A DNA stretch of 64,000 bases from Spirochaetota bacterium (GCA_965208615.1 CBDBPB010000007.1:352001-416000); one strand, 5' to 3'. Positions 39,116 through 50,601 are shown, counted from the stretch's first letter. A program made the numbers and translations. Notes: generated by a model from the sequence alone, not told the origin.

Positions 39116-39511
39116 TTATGTTGCTAACACCTCTTCATTCTTAATAAATAGAGGTGATGATATTATATAGTCTGCTGACTTACGATTACATGCAATAGGT
39201 ACGTCGTATAATACAGCAAGACGCAAGAGAGCTTTAACATCAGTATCGTGTGCTTGTACTGACATAGGATCCCATAAAAATACTACAACATCGACTTTTC
39301 CATCAGATATCATAGCACCAAGTTGTTGATCACCGCCTTCTGGACCGCTTTTAAGAAGGCTAACCTTAAGGTTTACCTCTTTCATAACTAATGTTCCTGT
39401 AGTTTTCGTTCCCCATAGCTCACATTTACTTAGAGTTCCCTTGTTAAATTTAGCCCACTCTACCATGTCTTTTTTTTTGGCATTGTGTGCAATAAGAGCA
39501 ATTTTTCTCAT
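39116..39511 (-). CDS. mgsA: Methylglyoxal synthase
   Basis: IALIAH, TTG, SGPEGGDQQLG and HDTDVKALLR motifs. Confidence 0.95.
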   Translation of the reverse strand: MRKIALIAHNAKKKDMVEWAKFNKGTLSKCELWGTKTTGTLVMKEVNLKVSLLKSGPEGGDQQLGAMISDGKVDVVVFLWDPMSVQAHDTDVKALLRLAVLYDVPIACNRKSADYIISSPLFIKNEEVLAT

Positions 39512-39794
39512 AAATTCCCCATAAAATTATACTAAATATTTTAAACTAATTACTATTTTAATAGATAATTAGTACAACTAATAATATATAAGTTAATTAG
39601 TTACATAAAAGATGGGCTAAATAAAGAATAATAACCAAATGCTATATTATTAAGTATTTTTAATCCCTATTTTAATATTTATATAAAAAGTTGTTTAAAG
39701 TCAACTTTCCTATATAAATTATATAGCAACATTAATAATTAGTATAGTTTGTTAACAGAGTGGAAGATTAAATTAGCTCTATTTACTTTACTAA

Positions 39795-40901
39795 TTAATC
39801 AAAGTCTTTGTACCAGTGTTGTTTTTCTTCTTTATCGATAGAATCGCTATTTTGAGAAGGTTTAATAGTTTTGTTAGGTACCATTGGTACTACGATTTTA
39901 ATGTGTTCTCCTTTTGTATGAGCTCCACTTTTGTCAATGGCAATAACATAGTATGACCTTGCGTTTTTTTTACGCTTAAAATAAATAACGGCTATTAAAT
40001 ATACCCCTTGTTTACCTTCATATACTGCCTCAACCAAGATAGCTTTTTTATGCATTTTAAAACCGCTAGAAGAAAACTCAATTTCTTTATAGTTTTTTTC
40101 ATTTTCTTCTTTTACCAAAAAAGACTTAAAAAGTTGTCTTTTACTTTGAAATTTAACTTTAACGCCAATATAACCATCAGACTGAACTTCTTTTAACTTC
40201 ACAATAGTCGGATGATCTTTTATAGTAATTGGTTTTTGGTTTAGAATAATCAAAATAGGATTATCTTTAAAAAAGCCTGCATAATCAGCATATTTACGGT
40301 TAAAAGTACGTATATTTATTTTAACTCCATCTCTTATTTTTACTATGCCATATATCTTTGAGTTACGGTATCCATATACAACATATTTTGGGATTCTTAT
40401 TCTAAAAGAGGTTCCCAAATAATAATCATTTACTGGTGTAGATGACAGTAAAAAATGCAATCCTTGTTTTTTACCAATGAGTCGACCTTTAAAAAGTCTT
40501 TTTTCATTTCCATTTATATGGTTATACCTAGTAGCCCTTAATCCGTATTCGCTTACTTTTTTTCCATTTTCTTTCCAGAAATAGTTTGTTAATAATATTG
40601 ACTTAATATTTTTTTTCTTACGAATAATAAGGTCTAGATAATCACCATCTTTTCCTCTAACCAGCCTAATATCATTTTTTGAGAGTCCAAGACTACCAGG
40701 ATGTTTAAATACTTTTTTAGGTTTAGACCTAGGCTTTTTATAGTATTTATCTACGTTGTTAATTTTATAATCATTATTATCATAGATATTGTTTACTTTT
40801 ACAGGAATATCATCTTGTACATCAACATATTTCGGGTATGTAGTTTTTGCTAATCCAGCTATAAGGATTAGGATTAAAATCGATTCTATAGTTTTACTCA
40901 T
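39795..40901 (-). CDS. Exported hypothetical protein, spirochaete-type
   Basis: N-terminal hydrophobic signal. The IRKKKNIKSILLT...NGNEKR...RIPKYVVYGY...NIRTF pattern is recalled from spirochaete hypothetical proteins. Confidence 0.65.
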   Translation of the reverse strand: MSKTIESILILILIAGLAKTTYPKYVDVQDDIPVKVNNIYDNNDYKINNVDKYYKKPRSKPKKVFKHPGSLGLSKNDIRLVRGKDGDYLDLIIRKKKNIKSILLTNYFWKENGKKVSEYGLRATRYNHINGNEKRLFKGRLIGKKQGLHFLLSSTPVNDYYLGTSFRIRIPKYVVYGYRNSKIYGIVKIRDGVKINIRTFNRKYADYAGFFKDNPILIILNQKPITIKDHPTIVKLKEVQSDGYIGVKVKFQSKRQLFKSFLVKEENEKNYKEIEFSSSGFKMHKKAILVEAVYEGKQGVYLIAVIYFKRKKNARSYYVIAIDKSGAHTKGEHIKIVVPMVPNKTIKPSQNSDSIDKEEKQHWYKDFD

Positions 40902-41083
40902 AATAATTCCTCATATTTATTTTAATTAGCTATAGTTAGCATCGATTAACTTTAAAAATGATAAACTAATAATTTTTCCATTAATTCATCGGCATATAAA
41001 TGCAAAATTCAAACTTCTCCCAATTCTATGAAAAACATATCTTCTATAAAAAGAATATTTATTATAATAATGCCTACAATTAG

Positions 41084-41782
41084 TTATTGACTACTTACCA
41101 CATAAGTAAAGACATACTCTTTATAAAAATAAGCTTTGATTGATAAAGTAATTTCATAATTCTTTTCAGAAAAATATATTTTTAATCTATTATCTTTTAT
41201 ATCGACCAGTTTAGCTTTTTTTAATACCCTCATAAAATGAAAATCTTTTAAGTATTTTGAAACTAACTCTTTAGCAGACCATATCATGGTTAATAATTTT
41301 ATCATACTCAAACTATTTTGCTTTTGCATTATAAGTTTTTCTTCAGCAGGAGTTAAATAATATTTAGTTAATCTTAGGATTTTATTACTAACTTTTTCGA
41401 CATCAACGGCAATTGGATGAACATCTACGGCACAAAAAATGTAATCTTTTCTATGAGAAATAGAAAAATGTATATTTTCAGTTTTTTTGTTACTAACCAA
41501 AAGAAAAGGAGTTCCATTTTTATGACGATTAATACTTATTTGTCTAATATCGAATGCATTATCTTTGCTTAAGTACTTGCTAATACATAATTTTACTAAT
41601 ACACGTCCTCCTAAGAACTCAAGTTTACTTTTTTTACGGCTATAATTATAATATAAAGCTTTTTCGTCATTTGTTAGCATGCTAAACAAATATAGGTGAT
41701 TATAATTAGCGAAATCAATATGCCAAATGTTAAAGTTAGAAAGATCGGCTTTTATATTATTTATAAGTTCATAAAATGTCAT
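41084..41782 (-). CDS. 4'-phosphopantetheinyl transferase (Sfp-like)
   Basis: GTP, FSISH, AVDVE and WSAKE motifs. Confidence 0.85.
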   Translation of the reverse strand: MTFYELINNIKADLSNFNIWHIDFANYNHLYLFSMLTNDEKALYYNYSRKKSKLEFLGGRVLVKLCISKYLSKDNAFDIRQISINRHKNGTPFLLVSNKKTENIHFSISHRKDYIFCAVDVHPIAVDVEKVSNKILRLTKYYLTPAEEKLIMQKQNSLSMIKLLTMIWSAKELVSKYLKDFHFMRVLKKAKLVDIKDNRLKIYFSEKNYEITLSIKAYFYKEYVFTYVVSSQ

Positions 41783-41862
41783 TATTATTATGGATAATTA
41801 TCAAGTTCTAAGCAACCTCTAAAGAGTTGATCATTCTATTATATTTAGTTAAAAGCAATAAT

Positions 41863-43356
41863 CTATTTTGATATTAACTGTCTATAATATGATCTTACTT
41901 TTTTTATGTGAACAGAGTTAGGATATTTATTTATATACTGTTTTAGTAGGGTTATACTTTTATATTTTTGTTTATTCGACTTATATATATTTGCTAAAGC
42001 GATATACGGCAAATATAAGGACTGATTTTCTTTGATTGCTTCGTTAAGATATTTTATAGCATCATTTATTTTATTAAGCTTGGTATAAATCATTCCTTTG
42101 TAGTATTTTAGTTCAGCTTTTTTATTTATGTTGCTTATCCAGCTTAACACTTCTTTAGCCTGATAAAGGTCATTAACGTAATAATAAACTACGCCTTGGT
42201 GGAAGTACTCTAAATCTTTTGATTTTTTGACTCTATAAAGTTGAGCTAAGAGTTCTCTAGAATTAACATCTTTTGGCTCTAGCGCTAAGGATTTCTCGAA
42301 GTACTTTATTGCAAGTTCACTTTTTTTAAGCTTAGAATATGAGTTAGCGGCCACAACGTGAAGGGGATGATTATTTGGAAATATTTTTATTCCTGATAGT
42401 GATATCTTAAGAGCATTTTTATATTGTTTTTGTCTAAGGTGTATTTGGGATAAGTCATAAACAAATTCACTTTCTTTTGGATAGCGGTTAATAGCTATTT
42501 TAGCTTCATTTTCAGCTTTATCATACGTAGCATTCTCAATTAGTATAGCAAGATAAAGTTTTAATAAGCTTTTATTTTTACGGAAGGACTTAATTTTTTT
42601 AAGATTTTCTATTGCTTTTGGATAGCTTCTTTCTAAGAAATACCCTTTAGCAAACATTGTATAGCCTTTAGTTTTTTTATTTATTTTCATAAGGGTTTTA
42701 GCAAGGCCAATATAGCCCCTATGGGAGTATGGATTAGTATTTATTAGTTTATTGAATAGCTTTATAGCCTTATTATAATTCTTAATATGATGGTAACTAT
42801 TTGCTAAGCCAAAAACTACAGACTGATGATTAGGATTAATATTATAAGCTTTTTTAAAGGCGTTTATAGCATTAGGATATTCTTTTCTTTTTAGATAAAT
42901 ACTTCCTAGGTTAGTCCAGGCAATAACATTATCCTTAAGGAGGTTAGTTGTAATTTTATGGTTTTTTAGAGCGAGATCTAAGTTGCCTAACCTTTGATAA
43001 ATATAACCAACCAGAGAATGAAGTTTAGCTTTTTCTTGAATATAGTTTTTATTATTTTGCTTTATTGATTTTATGGCTTTTTTAAGGTGGACTAATGCTT
43101 TTTCATATTTACCAAGATAGAATAGCGATTTAGCCATAAGAGAGTTTATTTTATAATTTCTATTATTTTTTGGTACCTTTGAGAGTAGGGCTAATGCTTT
43201 ATTAAACTTATGGTTTTTAATCATGGCCTTAGCATTCTTGATAGTCTGTTTTGATGGTATATTTAATTGTTTTGCCTCTGCAGATGGGCTTTGACAATAG
43301 CTTATGGGTATTATCATAAATATTATTAACAAGTTATAAATATATTTTATATTCAT
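41863..43356 (-). CDS. Exported TPR protein
   Basis: Signal/lipoprotein-like N-terminus and many TPR repeats. Confidence 0.85.
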   Translation of the reverse strand: MNIKYIYNLLIIFMIIPISYCQSPSAEAKQLNIPSKQTIKNAKAMIKNHKFNKALALLSKVPKNNRNYKINSLMAKSLFYLGKYEKALVHLKKAIKSIKQNNKNYIQEKAKLHSLVGYIYQRLGNLDLALKNHKITTNLLKDNVIAWTNLGSIYLKRKEYPNAINAFKKAYNINPNHQSVVFGLANSYHHIKNYNKAIKLFNKLINTNPYSHRGYIGLAKTLMKINKKTKGYTMFAKGYFLERSYPKAIENLKKIKSFRKNKSLLKLYLAILIENATYDKAENEAKIAINRYPKESEFVYDLSQIHLRQKQYKNALKISLSGIKIFPNNHPLHVVAANSYSKLKKSELAIKYFEKSLALEPKDVNSRELLAQLYRVKKSKDLEYFHQGVVYYYVNDLYQAKEVLSWISNINKKAELKYYKGMIYTKLNKINDAIKYLNEAIKENQSLYLPYIALANIYKSNKQKYKSITLLKQYINKYPNSVHIKKVRSYYRQLISK

Positions 43357-45383
43357 TAGCTTACCTTAGCCCCTTCTTTTATATAGCTTACTGGTGAGAT
43401 TATAGTTAACTGCTCATCACTACCGGCGCATAATATCATACCATTGGATTCCTCACCCATTATCTTTGTTTTTTTAAGGTTATTAACGACTACAACTTGT
43501 TTATTAATAAGCTCATCCGGCATATAGTGATTAGCTATACCAGATATTACTTGTTGTATATTATCATCGATTTTGATTTGTAATTTTAATAACTTTTTAG
43601 ATCCCTTTAGTTTTTCACATCGGATAACAGTTCCAATTTTGAGATCAATTTTATTAAAGTCGTCTATGGATATAGTATTTTTATTGTTAGTTTGTTTTGT
43701 TATTTGTTTATGGAACTCGTTTAACACCTTTTTTATTGTTTTATCGTCAATTTTAGAAAATAAAAGATCAATATTGCCAATTTTACTATTTTCTTTTATT
43801 TTTAGGTTTTTTATGGAGTCCCATGATATCTTATTGACCTCACCACTTTCACCTATCATATTCCACATTTTTTGGCTGGACTCTGGTATAAATGGATAGC
43901 TTAAGGGAGAAATAGTTTTAATAATCAGAATACAGTTGTGAATTACAGTACTACACCTATTTTTATCTATTTTGATAAGGTTCCATGGTTTTTGGTGATC
44001 AAAGTATTGATTACCCATACGGGCGTAGTCTATTACGTGGAATATTGCTTCTCTTACTTTAAAGTTTGACAGGGCATCTCCTATTATAGATGGCATAGTT
44101 TTTATAGTATTTATTATGTGGTTATCCGTGTTATCCAGTTTTGATTGTGGTGGTATTATGCTGTTGAAGTTCTTTTTTATAAAAGTTAGAGTTCGGTTTA
44201 TGAAGTTACCTAATACGTTATTTAGTTCTGAGTTATTTTTTTCTTGTAGGTTTTTCCATGAGAAGTCTGAGTCTTTAGTTTCTGGAGACATGGCAGCCAG
44301 ATAATATCTTAATGAATCGGATGAAAAATGTTTAATGTAGTCATCCACCCAAACAACGTTACCCTTAGAGGTTGATAGTTTTTCACCTTCTATAGTTAGG
44401 TGTTCATTAGCGGGTACATCGTATGGCAGGGTATAATTGCTTTTTTGTCCCATTAATATTGCTGTCCAGACTATTATGTGGAAGGGTATATTATCTTTTC
44501 CGATAAAGTGTACTATTTTACAATCTGGATTCAACCAGTAGTCTTTCCACTTATCAGGATTATTTATATTTTTGCTCCACTCTATGGTAGAGGATATATA
44601 ACCGATTGGAGCATCGAACCAAACATAAAGAACTTTACCATCAGCATTATTTAGTGGAACTTTTACTCCCCAGTCAATATCACGGGTAATAGCTCTTTCA
44701 TTTAGTCCTTCTTTTATCCACGATAGAGCAAACTTTTTTACATTACTTTTAAGGTTATGTTTATTATTAAGCCATTGTTTTATTTTATCTTGGAACTTAT
44801 CCAAGCCCAAGAACCAGTGTTTAGTATTTTTTAGTATAGGACTATTATTACAGTTTTTGCATTTGGGATTAATTAGTTTTTCAGGTTCTATCCATTTACC
44901 ACATTTAGGACATTCATCACCTCTTGCCTGTTCAAAACTACAGTTTGGACATACTCCCTCAAGAAAACGGTCTGGGAGAAACATTTTATCATGTTCGCAA
45001 TAAAACTGCTTAACTGTTTTTTCTGATATATATCCATTTTCTTTTAGCCTTAAAAAAAACTCTTTGGATAGTTCATGGTGTATTGGCCTTGCTGTACCAG
45101 AAAAGTTATCAAAGTTAATATTTAGTTTTTTAAAGCTATTTAGCATATTAAGATGATAATAGTCAACGATTTTTTGTGGTTCTACTCCATCTTGTTTGGC
45201 TCTTAGGGTAATAGGTACACCATGTTCATCGCTACCACAAATATATATAATATCATTACCCTTCATTTTGTTGTATTTTACAAATATATCAGCTGGTAGA
45301 TATGCTCCTGCTATATGGCCTATATGTATTGGTCCATTGGCGTATGGCAAAGCACTTGTTACTAATATTTTTTCTTTATTCAT
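43356..45383 (-). CDS. metG: Methionine--tRNA ligase
   Basis: ALPYANGPIHIGH, Zn knuckles, YVWFDAPIGY, KLSTS and a C-terminal tRNA-binding domain. Confidence 0.97.
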   Translation of the reverse strand: MNKEKILVTSALPYANGPIHIGHIAGAYLPADIFVKYNKMKGNDIIYICGSDEHGVPITLRAKQDGVEPQKIVDYYHLNMLNSFKKLNINFDNFSGTARPIHHELSKEFFLRLKENGYISEKTVKQFYCEHDKMFLPDRFLEGVCPNCSFEQARGDECPKCGKWIEPEKLINPKCKNCNNSPILKNTKHWFLGLDKFQDKIKQWLNNKHNLKSNVKKFALSWIKEGLNERAITRDIDWGVKVPLNNADGKVLYVWFDAPIGYISSTIEWSKNINNPDKWKDYWLNPDCKIVHFIGKDNIPFHIIVWTAILMGQKSNYTLPYDVPANEHLTIEGEKLSTSKGNVVWVDDYIKHFSSDSLRYYLAAMSPETKDSDFSWKNLQEKNNSELNNVLGNFINRTLTFIKKNFNSIIPPQSKLDNTDNHIINTIKTMPSIIGDALSNFKVREAIFHVIDYARMGNQYFDHQKPWNLIKIDKNRCSTVIHNCILIIKTISPLSYPFIPESSQKMWNMIGESGEVNKISWDSIKNLKIKENSKIGNIDLLFSKIDDKTIKKVLNEFHKQITKQTNNKNTISIDDFNKIDLKIGTVIRCEKLKGSKKLLKLQIKIDDNIQQVISGIANHYMPDELINKQVVVVNNLKKTKIMGEESNGMILCAGSDEQLTIISPVSYIKEGAKVS

Positions 45384-45399
45384 TTGTATATATACTCCT

Positions 45400-46842
45400 T
45401 TATAGTCTTATAGAGTCGGCAGGTTTTTGCATGGATGCTTTTTTAGCAGGAAAATAAGATGCTAATAACGATACAAAGATTGCTCCAACGCACTGTAATA
45501 AAATATCTGAATAGTTAAACTGGTATGGAAAGGTTTTTAAGTAAAACACACTGGGATCCATAAAATAAAACTTATTAGGATAATTAAGATTAAGAGCCTC
45601 GCCAGCTATACTAAAAGTAAAGGTCATTATGCCATTTATGATAACTTCAATAAAGTTAATAATTTCCTTTAACGAAAGGGTTATAAGAAAGCCCATTAGA
45701 TTACCTAAACTAATTCCGATAAAGCTTATAAAGAGTCCTTCAAAGACAAATATTAGTTGTATGGTTTTAGGCTTAGCTCCAATGGCTTTTAGAATGGCAA
45801 TTTCTTTATACTTATCCATTATAACCACGTGTAGGGCAATAAAGATAGTTAAAAAAGCTGAGAGTACTAAAAAATAAAGAAGGAACTTCATCATTTTTTT
45901 TTCTTGAGCAAAGTCTTTAAATATGCCTTCTTCTAATGTATTTGTGACTAACAGGTTGGGGTATTCTTTTTTAATAAGATCAATAGCCTTATAGGCTCCA
46001 TATTTAAAGTTTATGCCAATGTTAGTGGGTATTTTATTAAGTCCAAAGACATTTTCTATAGCCTTAAAATTAATAAATATGAGGCTTTTATTAAATTTAG
46101 CATAATCAGCTGAGTAGAAGTTTTCAACGGTCAAAGTTTTAAAGTTCTCTGGATCAGAGTCGAGGATAATATCCCCTTGGGGTATAAGGAGTTTTATTTT
46201 ATCCCCTTTGTATACGTTTATATATCTACTAAGTGCGTCTCCTATAACGATGCCGTTTATTTTCTTTATTTGAAATAGGCTATTATTGCTTTTTTTAATA
46301 CTATATTCCTTAAAGTCTTTTTGATATAGGTTTTTAGTTGCATCAGAGCCTTTGAGACTTGGTAGTTTTTTAAAGTGTTTTAATTTAATATCTTTTTCAG
46401 TTTTATTTATATAGTCAAAAAAGCTATGTTTTGAGATGATTTTAAAAGTTTTGGTAAAGTTGTGATTTAATAAAATATCTTTATTATAAAATGCTTTAAC
46501 TGTTACAAAACGTATAGTTTCACCTTTATCAATACTAATAAGACCCTTGCTTTCAAAGAATGGGATAGCTAATTCAACGTTAGGCATAGCTCTTAATTTG
46601 TGTAGAACTTCGTTATAGTAGTTAAGATGATAATATTTATCTCTAAGTTTGTATTGGAAGTCAGCACCTATAACTTTTTCTTTTATACTCTGATGGAACC
46701 CATTAATAACCGACAGAACAACTATAGGAATTGATATTGCAAGGGTTACAGTTAAAATAGAAATTAATAATAGCTTGGATATAAAAAGATTGTCTTTTTT
46801 TGACTTTAAGTATCTGCAGGATATAAATATTTCAAAGTTCAT
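45400..46842 (-). CDS. Lipoprotein-releasing ABC permease LolC/E-like
   Basis: VLSVINGF, EIAILKAIGA, FVFEG and ASYFPAKKAS motifs. Confidence 0.88.
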   Translation of the reverse strand: MNFEIFISCRYLKSKKDNLFISKLLLISILTVTLAISIPIVVLSVINGFHQSIKEKVIGADFQYKLRDKYYHLNYYNEVLHKLRAMPNVELAIPFFESKGLISIDKGETIRFVTVKAFYNKDILLNHNFTKTFKIISKHSFFDYINKTEKDIKLKHFKKLPSLKGSDATKNLYQKDFKEYSIKKSNNSLFQIKKINGIVIGDALSRYINVYKGDKIKLLIPQGDIILDSDPENFKTLTVENFYSADYAKFNKSLIFINFKAIENVFGLNKIPTNIGINFKYGAYKAIDLIKKEYPNLLVTNTLEEGIFKDFAQEKKMMKFLLYFLVLSAFLTIFIALHVVIMDKYKEIAILKAIGAKPKTIQLIFVFEGLFISFIGISLGNLMGFLITLSLKEIINFIEVIINGIMTFTFSIAGEALNLNYPNKFYFMDPSVFYLKTFPYQFNYSDILLQCVGAIFVSLLASYFPAKKASMQKPADSIRL

Positions 46843-46914
46843 AACCTATGATTAATTTTAAGATAAACCCCACATTAATATACAGATGACTAAATAAAGA
46901 ATATTTTAAGGAGT

Positions 46915-46941
46915 TAGCCAAATAATTAGTTTATTTGGCTA
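46915..46941 (-). terminator. Terminator hairpin after the oxidoreductase operon
   Basis: TAGCCAAATAA-ttagt-TTATTTGGCTA. Confidence 0.65.
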
Positions 46942-46960
46942 TATTGATCAGCTAATTATA

Positions 46961-48541
46961 TTATTGTATAATACCAGCCATTTCTTGTAGATGTCTCCAG
47001 TGATTTAAGCGTTCTTTTTGAGTTTGAATAAGGACTTCTGATGGATTCCCATTTTTATCAAAGTGTTTAGCAAAGCGTCCTTCGCTTTTGGCAAAGCGTA
47101 TAAAGTCAACTACTTCCCCAGTTTTTGATAGGGTATACCAATCTTTTTCTTTAGCAGGGTTACCCTTTAGATCAAGCCTATCACTAATTTTATCCCCTCT
47201 TCGTGGGTCATAGGTATATATAGGGAATGCTCTAGAGTCGGTAGCTAGTTTTGCCTGATGCATGGACATATCATCAGGTACCCCATGTTCGGGCTGACAA
47301 GTGTTATATACGCTAATAAGGGAAGGCCCAGGAAATTCATTAGCCTCCATAATAGCCTTATAAAAATGATTAATATGTGCGGGAGTGCTTTGAGCAACAT
47401 ATACATTAGGATGCATCATGGCTAATAGGCCAATTTCTTTACGTCTTTCGGTTTTGCCGGGTATAGCCTTACCATGGTATGATAATTTAGCATCCTGTCC
47501 CATATAGCTAGCGCTAGAAGTTTGTCCACCAGTATTTGAGTATACTTGAGTATCCAAAACGATTATGTTAACATTCAAATCAGATGTTAATAATCTTGAA
47601 AGAGGCTGAAATCCAATATCTAATAGTGCACCATCACCTCCAACAGCCCAAACTTTTTTATCTTGCCATCCAATGGAATCCCATCTTAGTCTAACGCCTA
47701 TAGCGTCAGTACATACATTTTCAAATAGAGAGTTAGTCCAGGGTACTTTAAAAGGATTATATGGATAGGTAGAGCCATAAACAGTATTACACCCAGTAGC
47801 CGCTATAATACCCATACTATTTTCGCCGTATACAAAGCCAGTAGCCGCTAATAGCATTCTAAGAGCAGTTACCTCACCACAGCCCATACATGAACCAGCA
47901 CCTCCAACATATAATAAGGTTCTATAGGCTAACATCATATCAACCAATGCCTTTTCACTAATATATTCAGCAGGTGTTTCTGGTAGTTTTTCGTAAAAGC
48001 TCCAAATCTTTTTGAACTCTGGTATGTTAGAGTCATCTTTTTCTATCATCTTAAGGGCATTGTTATTACCACAAACCTCTACACACTCAGCACAACCCTT
48101 ACACTTAGTAATATCCATAAATATACCAAAAAGTCCACCTTCTTTACCTTTTCGCTCAGGAGTCTTAAAAAACTTACCTGTTTCGGCAAACTGAGCCTTT
48201 AAAAGGCCTTGATCAGCATTAGGTTCTTTTTCTATCATATCAGGTAGCTTTGACTTAGGAACAACCTTACCCAAAATAGCAGTATCAGGACACTGAACAA
48301 CACATTCCATACAGCCAACACAATTTTCAGCAATAAACTCAGGAATGTCAGGGGCAATATAGCTAAAATCCCTTAAAGAACCAGTAGCAGGAGCTATTAA
48401 ACTCCTTGCAGTGGTAAGGTCAGCTTCTAAGGTATGTTCTCCAATTCCTTTATTATATGCATCTACAACACGATTATTAAAATCATTAACGTCTATAATT
48501 GTATTATCAATAGCCTTATTTGGTGATTTATTTTTACTCAT
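46961..48541 (-). CDS. Pyruvate:ferredoxin oxidoreductase, ferredoxin + TPP-binding (delta/beta) subunit
   Basis: CVGCMECVVQCP, CKGCAECVEVC, GSCMGCGE, GGDGA and YSNTGGQ motifs. Confidence 0.92.
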   Translation of the reverse strand: MSKNKSPNKAIDNTIIDVNDFNNRVVDAYNKGIGEHTLEADLTTARSLIAPATGSLRDFSYIAPDIPEFIAENCVGCMECVVQCPDTAILGKVVPKSKLPDMIEKEPNADQGLLKAQFAETGKFFKTPERKGKEGGLFGIFMDITKCKGCAECVEVCGNNNALKMIEKDDSNIPEFKKIWSFYEKLPETPAEYISEKALVDMMLAYRTLLYVGGAGSCMGCGEVTALRMLLAATGFVYGENSMGIIAATGCNTVYGSTYPYNPFKVPWTNSLFENVCTDAIGVRLRWDSIGWQDKKVWAVGGDGALLDIGFQPLSRLLTSDLNVNIIVLDTQVYSNTGGQTSSASYMGQDAKLSYHGKAIPGKTERRKEIGLLAMMHPNVYVAQSTPAHINHFYKAIMEANEFPGPSLISVYNTCQPEHGVPDDMSMHQAKLATDSRAFPIYTYDPRRGDKISDRLDLKGNPAKEKDWYTLSKTGEVVDFIRFAKSEGRFAKHFDKNGNPSEVLIQTQKERLNHWRHLQEMAGIIQ

Positions 48542-48597
48542 AACATTTATCCTCGCTTCTATAGGGTTTTGTATAGTCTAACCTAAAGCATAAAACT

Positions 48598-50601
48598 CTA
48601 AATATAACACTGATCTCCAAGTACTACCCTTGCTTTACTGTCCTTGCATCCATTTTTAAGACAGTCTTTATCGGCATTTATGAGGTCTCTTGGAATTTCA
48701 AAAACTTCGTTATAGCCTCTGGTAACAGCATTCATATTATCTTTTACAACCTGTTCACCACGCTTACCAAAGTACTTTCTGATTATTTTTTCAACACCTT
48801 CAAATATTTTATCTTTGGTAATACCAAACTCCTTTTCGTAAGGAGTAGATTTTAAAAATACCCCAAGAAGAACTATACCCTGCATTCTTTGTACTAAGTC
48901 TGCCTTAGTAGCACAGTCTCTCGCAATTTTAATAGTGTCTAAACCAAGAACTCTTATATTCTTTTTATATATAATAGCTTTTGCATAGTCTGGTATTGTT
49001 TTCCATAGGTTTTCTGGGCCTTCTTCTGTGGTGTGGACAAATAATAATCCATTTTCTTCTAGGCCAACTAAGGGATTACCGGCATGAAAAGCATTGGCAT
49101 CATTTAATGGAACAAAGTTTATACGGTCTAATTCATTGTGAGTTCTAATTTTATCAGGGGATACAGCTAAATAATAATTAGTAGGTAGTCCCTTTTTCTC
49201 AGAGCCATACTTTGGATAAGCCTGTACAAAAAAACCAAAGAGTTCAGCCACTACACTGGCTATAACTTTATTAGTTGTAACAGAACCGTATCCACCAACT
49301 GAGTGACCACGCATAGCAAAAAAGCCTTTTGTTCGAGGATCAACATCATTAACGCTTTCAATAGCGTATTCATGTTTAATTCCGATGGTAAAATATCGTT
49401 TTCCATTGGATTCCATATTTTCAAATACTGCTCTAATATCCTTAGGGGTAACATCACGACTTCCTAGTCCTGCACTACCAGAAAAAACAACTGGTATTCT
49501 ATCTATTTTAGGATAACCTTCAGCTCCGACTAGTGCATCCGTAAAAGAAGCTTTAATATCGGTAGTTAACGGATTAGACTGCCCCATAGGGTTATCCATT
49601 CTTTCAATAACAGATATAGCCTTAACATTCTTTAGAGCCTCAACTATATCCGCTCCTGGGAAAGGTCTAAAACATGAAATGTTTAAGGCACCTACTTTTT
49701 TACCCTCTTTTTCTCTTAAGTAGTCTACAGTTACCATTGCAGTCTCAATAGTGGAACCCATAGCTACCACTGCATATTCAGCATCATCCAATTTATACTT
49801 TTCTATTAAGTCGTATTTTCGACCAGTTAGTTTATGATATTCACCCATAGCCTCTTTTATTGTTTTCTCAATTTTTTCATAATAGTTCCTTTGGGCGATT
49901 TTACCTTTCATATAGCTGTCTTGATTTTGGACAACACCACTGGCAACAGGATTATATACATCCATGAGGTTATATATTTTATCTTCTGCCCTACCAACAT
50001 AGTTTTTCATTAATTCGGGTTCTGGTAAGAATACACTTTCAATGGTATGACTTGTAATAAAGCCGTCTTGGATATTCAAAAAGGGTATATGAGAGTTTTC
50101 TGATGCTCTTCTACAAATTAATGCAAAGTCAGCTATTTCTTGAGCATTTTTTGCAAATAGCATAGCCCATCCACAGTCTGACACGCCCATTACATCATCA
50201 TGCCCAGCGTGTATGTTAAGAGAGTGAGAGGTTAAAGCTCTTGCCGCAATATTAAATACCATAGGAAGACGTTTTCCAGATATAGTATATAATACTTCTT
50301 TCATAAGTATTAGGCCTTGACCTGATGTGAAGTTAGATACTCTTCCTCCGGCCAATGCAAAGCCTTCACAAGTACTTGCAGAGCTATGCTCTGACTCTAA
50401 CTCGATAAATTGTATATTCTCATCCCACAGATTTTTTTTACCATTGGCAATTTCCATTTGTACACCAATAGCCATATTTGTGGAAGGAGTAATAGGATAA
50501 GCACAAGCTGCCTGAGTTATATGTGATTCCACCCAAACAACAGAACCAGTTCCATCTGTAGTTGTTTCTATACCTCGATAAGGAAAATCCCCTGATGACA
50601 T
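48598..50601 (-). CDS. Pyruvate:ferredoxin oxidoreductase, alpha+gamma subunit
   Basis: YPITPST, ESEH, TSGQGL, DGFITSH and SVGGYGSVTTNK motifs; ATG 50601 after GGAGG. Confidence 0.92.
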   Translation of the reverse strand: MSSGDFPYRGIETTTDGTGSVVWVESHITQAACAYPITPSTNMAIGVQMEIANGKKNLWDENIQFIELESEHSSASTCEGFALAGGRVSNFTSGQGLILMKEVLYTISGKRLPMVFNIAARALTSHSLNIHAGHDDVMGVSDCGWAMLFAKNAQEIADFALICRRASENSHIPFLNIQDGFITSHTIESVFLPEPELMKNYVGRAEDKIYNLMDVYNPVASGVVQNQDSYMKGKIAQRNYYEKIEKTIKEAMGEYHKLTGRKYDLIEKYKLDDAEYAVVAMGSTIETAMVTVDYLREKEGKKVGALNISCFRPFPGADIVEALKNVKAISVIERMDNPMGQSNPLTTDIKASFTDALVGAEGYPKIDRIPVVFSGSAGLGSRDVTPKDIRAVFENMESNGKRYFTIGIKHEYAIESVNDVDPRTKGFFAMRGHSVGGYGSVTTNKVIASVVAELFGFFVQAYPKYGSEKKGLPTNYYLAVSPDKIRTHNELDRINFVPLNDANAFHAGNPLVGLEENGLLFVHTTEEGPENLWKTIPDYAKAIIYKKNIRVLGLDTIKIARDCATKADLVQRMQGIVLLGVFLKSTPYEKEFGITKDKIFEGVEKIIRKYFGKRGEQVVKDNMNAVTRGYNEVFEIPRDLINADKDCLKNGCKDSKARVVLGDQCYI

